In this document: in pieces, positions 15,876-24,479 of the stretch
Numbering within the stretch: position 1 is the first letter of the stretch
Layout: each line of letters starts with the position of its first letter
Virus record (IMG/VR): IMGVR_UViG_3300037424_000503
Location: 1-30,249 of that record
DNA length: 30,249 nucleotides
From: a virus
Taxonomy: Duplodnaviria > Caudoviricetes
Reading direction: 5' to 3' (one strand)
The notes under the pieces: generated by a model
Seen by the model: only the letters and a program-made list of their open reading frames with translations
What the model was told of the DNA's origin: nothing
Databases searched by the model: none
Position numbers and translations under genes: made by a program

Positions 15876-16680
15876 ATTTCTTTCATTATATTTAATTGTT
15901 ATTTCTATTGTTTCAATACCAGTTTTATTGGTAACGTTAATACATGACACTAAAAATGCGTTAAATAAACCAATTGTAAAAAATATTTCGAAAACAAATA
16001 TAGAATTACAAAAAGAACAAATGATAGAAACAACAGTAAGAATATCGACACCAGATAATATATTTGGTTCTGGCACAATAATTAAAAAAGAACAAATAGC
16101 GTCTAACGTATATAGATATTTTATTATAACAGCAAAACATGTAACATCCGATAGACTTGTTGTAGGGGATTTAAAAATCGATAGTATAACAGGAGATGTA
16201 AGCAGGGATTTAAAAGAAGAAAAATTTCAAATTTTTATATTTGATGAATGCGGTAATATTATAGACTCTTTAAAAGCACAATTTTTAGATGAGACAAGTG
16301 ATTATGATTTAGATTGTGGACTGCTGTATTTTGATTCAGAAAATATATATCCAGTAGCAAATATTGCTACCAATGAAATATTGTTAAATCTTGATATATT
16401 ACAAGATGTTTATGCTGTTGGTTGTCCTTTAAAACACATACCAATAATAACAACCGGGACTATTTGTGAATTTAATGAAGAACAAAATTATATATTATCA
16501 ACAACAAACATAGCATTCGGATCAAGCGGCGGTGGTCTCTTTATAAAACAAGGAGATAAATATTATTTAATTGGAATTCTATTTCAAATAGAAGGTTATC
16601 GCAATAATTTATTTAGTTTTCTCACTCGTTCATGTCCAATTAAATCTTTGGATTTATTTCTAACAAAAAATGGAATTTAA
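15865..16680 (+). CDS. membrane-anchored trypsin-like serine protease
   Basis: N-terminal TM; GSGTII, ITAKHV (His), DLDCGLL (Asp), FGSSGGGLF (Ser). Confidence 0.88.
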   Translation: MKNRFLSLYLIVISIVSIPVLLVTLIHDTKNALNKPIVKNISKTNIELQKEQMIETTVRISTPDNIFGSGTIIKKEQIASNVYRYFIITAKHVTSDRLVVGDLKIDSITGDVSRDLKEEKFQIFIFDECGNIIDSLKAQFLDETSDYDLDCGLLYFDSENIYPVANIATNEILLNLDILQDVYAVGCPLKHIPIITTGTICEFNEEQNYILSTTNIAFGSSGGGLFIKQGDKYYLIGILFQIEGYRNNLFSFLTRSCPIKSLDLFLTKNGI

Positions 16681-16696
16681 GGTATAATATAATATG
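16681..16696 (+). promoter_or_regulatory. putative leaderless promoter GGTATAAT-N5-ATG
   Basis: GGTATAATATAATATG; 15/16 identical to 25016-25031. Confidence 0.55.
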
Positions 16697-17209
16697 GAAA
16701 GAATTTGTTGGGACGAATATTTCATGATACTTACGCTAGTGACTCGAATTCGTAGTAAAGACCCTAGTACAAAATGTGGGTGCATCCTTGTTGACAAAAG
16801 AAATAGATTAATAGGCGCTGGTTATAATGGCCATGCTCGCGGCGTAGATTTTAATAAGATGCCGCAAGAAAGACCCGCTAAATACGAAACTATAATTCAT
16901 GCAGAAAATAATGCATTACTAAATAGTACGGGAAACTTAGATGGTGCTACGGCTTATGTTTCTGGACCACCATGTAATCATTGTTGGGCGCAATTGATTC
17001 AATCGGGTATAAAAAGAGTTGTGTATGGTCCAGTTATAACATCTAAAGATGGTGCTTATGCAAATTCTAAAGTAGACTCATTACCAAAAGTGGTCGAAGA
17101 TATGCTTGATGGTCAAAATATTGAAGTTGTTAGATGGAAACCCGCTAATTTGAAACTAATAATTAACGAATTAGATAATTTAAAAGGTCTTATTTCCAAT
17201 AATGAGTAA
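16694..17209 (+). CDS. dCMP deaminase
   Basis: WDEYFM, RSKDPSTKCG, GYNG, HAENNA, PCNHC. Confidence 0.93.
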   Translation: MERICWDEYFMILTLVTRIRSKDPSTKCGCILVDKRNRLIGAGYNGHARGVDFNKMPQERPAKYETIIHAENNALLNSTGNLDGATAYVSGPPCNHCWAQLIQSGIKRVVYGPVITSKDGAYANSKVDSLPKVVEDMLDGQNIEVVRWKPANLKLIINELDNLKGLISNNE

Positions 17210-17843
17210 TTTATTAATAAATAGAAATCATTGGTCTTCTGAAGATTTAATTGAATTACAAAAATTATATTCAAGTAAAAGCCATTCAGAATTAGCTATT
17301 TATTTTAATAGATCATTAGGCGGAATAAAACAAAAGATAAAAGATTTAAATCTTCCACCAAAGAAACGTCACTGTGAACAATGGACTAAAGAAGAAGATA
17401 ATTTAATACAAATTTTATATAAACAAAAATTATCAATAAAAGATATAGCTAAAAAATTAAATAGAACCCCAATATCAGTCAGATTAAGAGCAAACAAGAA
17501 ATTAAGTATTTTCAAAAGCGATATTCATTTACAAGAAAATTTTAGATCAAAAAATTTTTATACTTCATTAAAAGATACTTTATGTAGAAAAACATCTGGT
17601 TCAAAATGTTGTTTATGTGATTACTACCTATTCATAGATTTGCACCATATAGATGGTAACAGAAAAAATCATGATATAGGCAATATAGCATCTCTATGTC
17701 CAAATCATCACAGAGAAGTAGAAAGGGGTATGCATAAAAACATACAATTGTATTGTATTTGGTGGAGAATATATTCAGATAGATCAATAAGCCCATATTT
17801 TGATAATAAAAGCCTAGTTAATAACTCTTTAGGAAAACACTAA
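17202..17843 (+). CDS. HNH endonuclease with two N-terminal Myb/SANT-like HTH repeats
   Basis: WSSEDL..L...Y and WTKEED..I...Y...IAKKLNRT..SV repeats; CCLC...LHHIDGNRKNH...N...LCPNHH. Confidence 0.8.
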   Translation: MSNLLINRNHWSSEDLIELQKLYSSKSHSELAIYFNRSLGGIKQKIKDLNLPPKKRHCEQWTKEEDNLIQILYKQKLSIKDIAKKLNRTPISVRLRANKKLSIFKSDIHLQENFRSKNFYTSLKDTLCRKTSGSKCCLCDYYLFIDLHHIDGNRKNHDIGNIASLCPNHHREVERGMHKNIQLYCIWWRIYSDRSISPYFDNKSLVNNSLGKH

Positions 17844-19604
17844 ATGAATCCATATAATCCTCAAGGATTTTCATTACAAATATTTAAAGATAGGTATGCA
17901 ATACACGAAAATGAATCTTTCAAAGAAGCATGTAGAAGAGTATCTTGTTTTGTATCAAGTGCTGAAGATGGAGAAAAAATAAAACATTTCGAAGAAAGAT
18001 TTTTTGGAATTTTAAATACAAATAGATTTAGCCCCGGTGGAAGAATTTGGAGGGGTGCTGGACGTAAAAAGTCTGCTATGTTGAATTGTTTTGTATGTCC
18101 AGCAGAAGATAGCAGAGAGGGATGGGGCACTCTATTAAGTGATGTTACCGTCATAAGTGGATTGGGTGGTGGTATAGGGATATCTTATAATAATATAAGG
18201 CCAAGAGGTACAGAAATAAAAGGAACTGGCGGCATCGCAACGGGTGCTGTATCATTAATGAAAATAGTTAACGGAGTTTGTAATGAATTAAGAGAAGGTG
18301 GTGGAAGACGATCAGCATTAATGTTTTGTTTATCATATGACCATCCGGACATAGAAGAATTTTTACACGTTAAGCTTGACAAAAAAGAACTTAATAACGC
18401 CAATATAAGTATATTAGTAGATAACGATTTTTTCGATATGGTCAAAAAAAACGAAGATATAGAATTAAAATGGCAAGGTAAAGTAGTAAAAACAATTAAG
18501 GCAAAATGGCTATACGATAAGGCTGTAGAAAATTCATTAATAACAGGAGATCCGGGGTTTTTAAATATAGGTAATGCGGAAGAATATAATAATTTATATT
18601 ATTGTAGAAATTTTACGTCAACAAACCCATGCGGTGAACAATTTTTAGCACCATATTCTGTTTGTTGCCTTGGGAATATTGTTTTGTCTTCTCATGTAAC
18701 AAAAGATGGAGAAATAGATTGGTCTTTATTAGATGATACAATAAGGTTGGGTGTGAGATTCCTTGATAATGTTTTAGATAAAAATGAATTTCCATTACCA
18801 GTAATAAAAGATTTTTCTCAAAAAGAAAGAAGAATAGGGCTTGGTGTTATGGGTTTACATGACATACTACTTAAAATGGGTGTCAAGTATTCTTCTGAAA
18901 AAGCTTTAGAAATAACTGATTCATTAATGAATTTCATAAAGAAAAAAGCATATGAAGCTAGCATATTTCTTGCTGTAGAAAAAGGCCAATTTCCAATCTT
19001 GGATAGAAATAGATTTGTAGAAAGTGGTTTTTGTAAAAAATCATTGACGGCTAGTATTAGAAAAAAGATTCTAGAATATGGTATAAGAAATTGTTTTATA
19101 CTAACTTGTCCACCAACAGGAACAACAAGTATAGTGGCTGGATGTAGTTCTGGACTAGAACCCATGTTCGCACCAGTGTATAAAAGAAATTATAATACGC
19201 ACAAAGATTTCCATTCAGAAATGACAAATCAATCAAGTGAAGTAGTAGTACATCCATTATTAAAAGAATTTATAGAATCTGGAAAAGATTATTCTCATTT
19301 TGAAGGTGCGCATGAGATAACTCCAGAACAGCATTGTAGAATTCAGGAAGTATGTCAGAAACACATAGACAGTGCTGTAAGTAAAACTATAAATCTTCCA
19401 TCTACGGCAACATCACAAGATTTATCAGAAATAATTTTGAAACATATAAAAAATTTAAAGGGAATGACGATATACAGAGATGGTAGCAAAGGTGAAAGCC
19501 CAATTATGCCATTGAAATTAGAGGAAGCTAAAGAACATTTGGATAAATGTAAGGTAGAACAAGTCGATAATTCATGTCCGGGAGGCAAATGTAATCTTGA
19601 ATAA
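17844..19604 (+). CDS. nrdJ: ribonucleotide reductase, probably class II (adenosylcobalamin-dependent)
   Basis: FSPGGR, NCF, GGGIG, RRSALM, TNPCGEQ, CCLG, RRIGLG, PPTGTTS, SKTINL, YRDGS, C-terminal CPGGKC; 586 aa, no ATP cone, no beta-subunit gene in the window. Confidence 0.9.
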   Translation: MNPYNPQGFSLQIFKDRYAIHENESFKEACRRVSCFVSSAEDGEKIKHFEERFFGILNTNRFSPGGRIWRGAGRKKSAMLNCFVCPAEDSREGWGTLLSDVTVISGLGGGIGISYNNIRPRGTEIKGTGGIATGAVSLMKIVNGVCNELREGGGRRSALMFCLSYDHPDIEEFLHVKLDKKELNNANISILVDNDFFDMVKKNEDIELKWQGKVVKTIKAKWLYDKAVENSLITGDPGFLNIGNAEEYNNLYYCRNFTSTNPCGEQFLAPYSVCCLGNIVLSSHVTKDGEIDWSLLDDTIRLGVRFLDNVLDKNEFPLPVIKDFSQKERRIGLGVMGLHDILLKMGVKYSSEKALEITDSLMNFIKKKAYEASIFLAVEKGQFPILDRNRFVESGFCKKSLTASIRKKILEYGIRNCFILTCPPTGTTSIVAGCSSGLEPMFAPVYKRNYNTHKDFHSEMTNQSSEVVVHPLLKEFIESGKDYSHFEGAHEITPEQHCRIQEVCQKHIDSAVSKTINLPSTATSQDLSEIILKHIKNLKGMTIYRDGSKGESPIMPLKLEEAKEHLDKCKVEQVDNSCPGGKCNLE

Positions 19605-20775
19605 CGAACGAAAAAATTTACAAGAAGCAATGGATGCAGTAACTAAATACGGATCTATAGCTTCCGCAGCTAAAGAACTTGGTATTCCAAGGAAAACATT
19701 AAGTGGTAGATACAACAAGGCTCTAGACAAGGGTTTTGTGTCCGGCGCACCGATGCTTAGTCCAGATCAAGAAATAGGACTTGACTCTAAATTAAAATCT
19801 ATTTCCAAAGAAAAGAGAGAATTACAGAAAAAATACGATGAATTATTAAAAATTTATGATCAGGCAAAAAATCAAAATTCTGTTATAGAACAGTTTTCTA
19901 AAAATATAAATTTAATAGAAACAGAGAAAATTTATATAGAAAAAGATAGTGAAAAAAGCGAAAGTACAGCAATTATCTTGTGTTCCGATTTGCACTATGA
20001 AGAAGTTGTCGAATCAGATAAAATAGACGGATTAAATGAATATAATACAGATATATCAAAAAAGAGATTTAATAAATTATTTCAAAATAGTTTAAAATTA
20101 ATAGAAATGTGTAGAAGTTCTTCTAATATAGAGAAATTGGTCTTGTGGCTTGGTGGGGATTTTCTAACGGGATATATTCATGATGAAAATATCCAAAATA
20201 ATTCTCTTTCTCCAATAGAAGCCTGTATAGATATATATAGTATGTGTATTTCGGCAATAGATTTCCTCGTAGAAAATGGATCTTTCAGAGAAATAATAAT
20301 CCCAACCAGTGTCGGCAATCATGCTAGAACAGTTAAAAAAATGCCATCTACTATGATAACAGAAAATAGCTATGAGTGGCTTTTATATAATTTTCTATCT
20401 AATCATTATTCTAGATCTGAAGTTGTAAAATTCAAATTATCTCGCGGGTATTTTAATTGGCTTGATATATATGGATATCCAATCAGATTCCATCACGGAC
20501 ATTATGTAAAATATCAGGGTGGTATATCTGGGCTATCTCTTCCATTAAATAAAAGTATCCACATGTGGAACGATGCAAAACCAGCTTACATAGATTGTAT
20601 AGGGCATTGGCACCAAAGATTATCTGGGAAAAATCATTTAGTAAATGGCAGCATTATAGGATATAATGGATATGCACAAAGTATAAAAGCGCAATTTGAA
20701 AAACCACAACAAACATTATTTTTAATGCACAATAAATATGGTAGAACAGTAGAAATGCCAATTTTTGTTGAGTAG
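19597..20775 (+). CDS. HTH + coiled coil + calcineurin-like metallophosphoesterase
   Basis: GSIASAAKELGIPRKTL HTH; SDLH, GGD, GNH, HHGH, GHWH metal-binding motifs; TTG start. Confidence 0.85.
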   Translation: MNNERKNLQEAMDAVTKYGSIASAAKELGIPRKTLSGRYNKALDKGFVSGAPMLSPDQEIGLDSKLKSISKEKRELQKKYDELLKIYDQAKNQNSVIEQFSKNINLIETEKIYIEKDSEKSESTAIILCSDLHYEEVVESDKIDGLNEYNTDISKKRFNKLFQNSLKLIEMCRSSSNIEKLVLWLGGDFLTGYIHDENIQNNSLSPIEACIDIYSMCISAIDFLVENGSFREIIIPTSVGNHARTVKKMPSTMITENSYEWLLYNFLSNHYSRSEVVKFKLSRGYFNWLDIYGYPIRFHHGHYVKYQGGISGLSLPLNKSIHMWNDAKPAYIDCIGHWHQRLSGKNHLVNGSIIGYNGYAQSIKAQFEKPQQTLFLMHNKYGRTVEMPIFVE

Positions 20776-20779
20776 GAAT

Positions 20780-21466
20780 ATGAAATTTATAAATTTACAG
20801 AATAAAATATTCGGAAGATGGACGGTGGTTGAAAGACGTGGTAAAATAAGAAAAGAACCGGCTTGGTTTTGCAGGTGCGATTGTGGAAATGAAAAAGTAA
20901 TTTCAGGGACAGTTTTAAGAGAAGGGCAAAGTAAAAGTTGCGGTTGTTTTAGATCTGAAAAATTAACTAAACATGGCATGTCATATTCTAGAACGTATAG
21001 AATATGGAAATACATGGTGCAACGATGCACCAACCCGAAAACAGCAAGATATAAGGATTATGGTGGAAGAATCACAGTTTGTGAAAGATGGTTAAAATTC
21101 GAAAATTTCTTGGAGGATATGGGAGAGTGTCCAAATGGATTAACTCTGGATAGAATAGAAAATAATCAAGGATACTATAAAGAAAATTGCCGTTGGGCTA
21201 CTAACGAACAACAATCTTTTAATAAAAGAAACACTATTAAAATATTTTATAATGGTAAAGGTTGGTGTCGAACAGAATTAGCAAAACAATTTAATTTAAG
21301 GCCAGAAACTCTTAAAAACAGACTTGATAGAGGTATGTCGATAGAAGAAGCGTTAAATACCCCGCTCCCAAAACAATCAAGAAAAATAAAATGTAATAAA
21401 AATTCAGATGAATTATCTTTCCCAATCAAAAATACTAACCTATTATGGAAATTTGTTAATGCCTAA
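20780..21466 (+). CDS. free-standing HNH-type homing endonuclease (paralog of 13035-13670)
   Basis: FGRWTV...WFCRCDCG...SCGC...HGMS; YGGRITVCERW..FENF; TLDRIENNQGY.KENCRWAT. ATG 20780 within track ORF 20765. Confidence 0.85.
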   Translation: MKFINLQNKIFGRWTVVERRGKIRKEPAWFCRCDCGNEKVISGTVLREGQSKSCGCFRSEKLTKHGMSYSRTYRIWKYMVQRCTNPKTARYKDYGGRITVCERWLKFENFLEDMGECPNGLTLDRIENNQGYYKENCRWATNEQQSFNKRNTIKIFYNGKGWCRTELAKQFNLRPETLKNRLDRGMSIEEALNTPLPKQSRKIKCNKNSDELSFPIKNTNLLWKFVNA

Positions 21467-22178
21467 TTTCAATATAGTAACTTTCTGTTCCAAAAATTAT
21501 TACCCCAGACTACTGAAAACCATAAATTCTTGGTATAATCAATCTTATATAAAAAATATATTTGTTTATACAGATTTCTTAATAACTCAAAATAGTGATA
21601 AAATAATTTATAAAAAACTATTTGAAGAGTCAGAAGATTTCGGAGAAAATTGTTCTCGAAAAGCTTTATCTATTCAGAATTTTTTAAGAAGTAATTTCGA
21701 TAATGCATTGTTTCTTGATGTAGATTGTATGATAATAAAAGATTTAAATTCTTTATTTGATGAATCCTTTGATATTGCTGTTACAATTTATCCGGAAATC
21801 AAAATCAAATATCAAACCAATAATATAAGTTCGGGTTTCATTGCATTTAAAAATTCTATAAATACTGGCCATATAATAGATTCATGGGTAAATATACAAG
21901 ATAAATCTTGTAAAGAAAGTCCGTGCAGAGATCAAAAGTCTCTTTCAGAAACAATTTCTAAAATAATAAAAGACAAACAATTTAAAATAAAATTATTGAA
22001 TTCTAACATATGGAATTCACATCCAAGCACAGGAAATATTGGACATATTAAAGAATGGTATAAAAGAATCTCTGAAAACAAACCCCACCTGCTCCACTTT
22101 TCGTCTGGCTCAATCGATCACCAAGAAATAATTGATGAAGCGTTATATTGTTTGGAGAATGTTAAGAATGTTGAATGA
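21459..22178 (+). CDS. GT-A fold glycosyltransferase (nucleotide-diphospho-sugar transferase-like)
   Basis: LFLDVDC (DxD), ISSGFI, DQKSL, WN, LLHF pattern; ATG 21459 within track ORF 21408. Confidence 0.75.
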   Translation: MPNFNIVTFCSKNYYPRLLKTINSWYNQSYIKNIFVYTDFLITQNSDKIIYKKLFEESEDFGENCSRKALSIQNFLRSNFDNALFLDVDCMIIKDLNSLFDESFDIAVTIYPEIKIKYQTNNISSGFIAFKNSINTGHIIDSWVNIQDKSCKESPCRDQKSLSETISKIIKDKQFKIKLLNSNIWNSHPSTGNIGHIKEWYKRISENKPHLLHFSSGSIDHQEIIDEALYCLENVKNVE

Positions 22179-22389
22179 TATATTTCATAATAATAGCCTT
22201 CAAGATATAGAAGAAATGGCTCACGACTTATATGAATGTATGTGTCCGAATCTTATGGTATTACTTGGTAAAATAGGAAAAGAGCATCCAAATAACCCTC
22301 TTACTTTGATGAAAGTTGACGGAGAAACATATTCTGCAATGTTAATTTTTGCCAATCATATATTAAATAAATTGAGAGAATCAAAATAA
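22168..22389 (+). CDS. hypothetical protein
   Basis: Track ORF 22132-22389; ATG 22168; TAATG overlap with the next gene. Confidence 0.55.
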   Translation: MLNDIFHNNSLQDIEEMAHDLYECMCPNLMVLLGKIGKEHPNNPLTLMKVDGETYSAMLIFANHILNKLRESK

Positions 22390-22913
22390 TGTTAAATTGC
22401 TGTAGAAATGAAGATGAATGCAATTGCGAATGTCATGGGAATGATAATATAATGCATTGTGCTCCCTGTTGTTATAAATGTCCATTTTGTGAAATTAATA
22501 TTCCAACATATGTGTTCGATCATCATAAAGAAAAATGTAGTTCTAAAAAAACAATAATTTTCGATAAAATTGGTATAGTTGGTTCAAGAACATTCAATGA
22601 TTATTTATTTATGAAACAAATACTAGATAGATTTTTCCCATGCAATAAGATAATAAGCGGTGGCGCTAAAGGTGCAGATTCTTTGGCTGCTAAATATGCA
22701 AAAGAAAGCAATATTGAATTAAAAGAATTTTTACCAGACTGGAATAGATATGGAAAGAGTGCTGGTTTTAAAAGAAATAAACAAATAGTTGATGCATCTG
22801 ATATAATTGTAGCATTTTGGGATGGCGAGTCTAGGGGAACAGCAAATACCATATCTTTAGCACACGAACAAAATAAAACTGTTTATAGATATTGGCCAAA
22901 GGATAATTTATGA
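22389..22913 (+). CDS. SLOG-family (DUF2493/YspA-like) protein with Cys/His-rich N-terminus
   Basis: IGIVGSRTF, IISGGAKGADSLA, PDW..YGKSAG.KRN, VAFWDG.SRGT; the first 50 aa contain 11 Cys. Confidence 0.85.
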   Translation: MLNCCRNEDECNCECHGNDNIMHCAPCCYKCPFCEINIPTYVFDHHKEKCSSKKTIIFDKIGIVGSRTFNDYLFMKQILDRFFPCNKIISGGAKGADSLAAKYAKESNIELKEFLPDWNRYGKSAGFKRNKQIVDASDIIVAFWDGESRGTANTISLAHEQNKTVYRYWPKDNL

Positions 22914-23146
22914 GTGAAGCAAGTAAGAGTCACATGACGTGCAGAGTTTGTAATAATGATATTAATACAATAAGACTTCTATGGACAGATTATTATCCAG
23001 AGGGTCATAGGTATTATGATGATCATGTTTGTTTGGAATGCGGAGCATATGCAAGTCAGCCCGGTTCTAGCCTGTGTGAAGAATCTCTTGTAGAGTATAG
23101 GAAGAAGTATATGAAAATTATTAAAGGCAACAAATGTCAAAATTAG
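22910..23146 (+). CDS. small zinc-ribbon protein
   Basis: CRVC...CLECG. Confidence 0.6.
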   Translation: MSEASKSHMTCRVCNNDINTIRLLWTDYYPEGHRYYDDHVCLECGAYASQPGSSLCEESLVEYRKKYMKIIKGNKCQN

Positions 23147-24060
23147 AAATTCAATTTGCGTGGTCAGAGAGTCGTGTCAAAACTTTAAGAGAATGCGCTA
23201 GAAAATATTACATCAATTACTTCCTAAGTTGGGAAGGATGGATAGGAAATGCGTCTCAAGAAAAAAAACAAGCTTATAGATTAAAAAATCTTACAACGTT
23301 TCCAATGTTTGTTGGAACAGTAGTTCATACTGTTATAGAAGACGCTATAAAAGAATTTAGAAGAACGGACAAGTGGCCTTCACTCTCCGATTCTCAAGAA
23401 GAAGTTGTTAGACTTTTGAGAAAGGGGTGGAAGGAATCATCAAATAAAGAATGGATGAAGGAGGCTAAAAAGACAAATTTCTTTGAACATTATTATAACG
23501 AAATACCCCCAAAAAAGAAACTCGAAGATTACAAATTTAAAGCATTAAGATGTATAAGTGCTTTTTATAAATGTTATATTTTCGATCTTATGTCGTCGTT
23601 AAATGACGATGACTGGATTGAGGCAGAAGAATTCCAAAAGTTTTTCTTGAAAGATGGCGAAGAAGTCTCCGTGAAGCTTGACTGCGCTTTCAGGCACGAC
23701 GGAAAAGTATATATTATTGATTGGAAGACTGGAAAACCCAACAAAGACATAGTAGACCAAGTAGTAACGTATAGTATGTATGCTATCAAAAAGGGTTGGG
23801 TTAAGGATGTTTCGGACATAATCATTATTCCGGTATTTCTTTCGTCTTTCGATGATGATCCAACGGCATCTCTGCCTATACTGGAGATAACTCAAAAGCA
23901 AATAACTAGGCAGGTTACAATTATAAAGAAGGAATATCCCATTTTGGTTGATGCATTTGGCCACAAAGATGATGAAGATTATTTTGAAAAAACTCCAAAT
24001 ACAAATAGATGTAGGTATTGTTCATTTAAAGAAATATGTTTCCCGAATGGAATCAAATAG
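23134..24060 (+). CDS. Cas4/AddB-like PD-(D/E)XK exonuclease with predicted Fe-S cysteines
   Basis: SESR...ECARKYY, GTVVH, KLD, IIDWKTG, Q...Y, C-terminal CRYCSFKEIC. Confidence 0.88.
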   Translation: MSKLEIQFAWSESRVKTLRECARKYYINYFLSWEGWIGNASQEKKQAYRLKNLTTFPMFVGTVVHTVIEDAIKEFRRTDKWPSLSDSQEEVVRLLRKGWKESSNKEWMKEAKKTNFFEHYYNEIPPKKKLEDYKFKALRCISAFYKCYIFDLMSSLNDDDWIEAEEFQKFFLKDGEEVSVKLDCAFRHDGKVYIIDWKTGKPNKDIVDQVVTYSMYAIKKGWVKDVSDIIIIPVFLSSFDDDPTASLPILEITQKQITRQVTIIKKEYPILVDAFGHKDDEDYFEKTPNTNRCRYCSFKEICFPNGIK

Positions 24061-24479
24061 TGGAAGTAATATTGCGTTGCGATGGCGGCATAAGACAAGG
24101 AAGAATGGCATTAGGTTATTTGGCATTTAATCCTAATAATGAAAATGAAATTTATTTTCAGGGTTCTAAAAGATGTGGTTCTAACGGCACGTCAAACGTC
24201 GCAGAGTACAGAGCATTGATAGAAGGTTTAGATAGATGCGTTAAAGAACAAGTTAAGATTGTTCATATAATTCTTGATTCGCAATTAGTAGTAAAACAAG
24301 TAAATGGGAGTTTTAAAGTTACTAATCTCGAATTAAAAAAACACATGGATAAAGTTGTTGAACTTCTTAATAATTTTCAAGATTATAGTATAAAATGGGA
24401 GCCAAGAAGCCATAATAAATTGGCAGATAGATTAGTGAATAATGTGTTCGAGGGTAAAAAAGATGCAAAAAAATCTTAA
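24060..24479 (+). CDS. ribonuclease HI family protein
   Basis: CDGG, TSNVAEYRAL, DSQLVVKQVNG, PRSHNKLADRL; GTG 24060 overlaps the previous TAG (track start 24036). Confidence 0.9.
   Translation: MEVILRCDGGIRQGRMALGYLAFNPNNENEIYFQGSKRCGSNGTSNVAEYRALIEGLDRCVKEQVKIVHIILDSQLVVKQVNGSFKVTNLELKKHMDKVVELLNNFQDYSIKWEPRSHNKLADRLVNNVFEGKKDAKKS

Noticed and set aside
23948-24130. + strand 60 aa ORF
   Set aside because: Out-of-frame overlap with the Cas4-like and RNase H genes.
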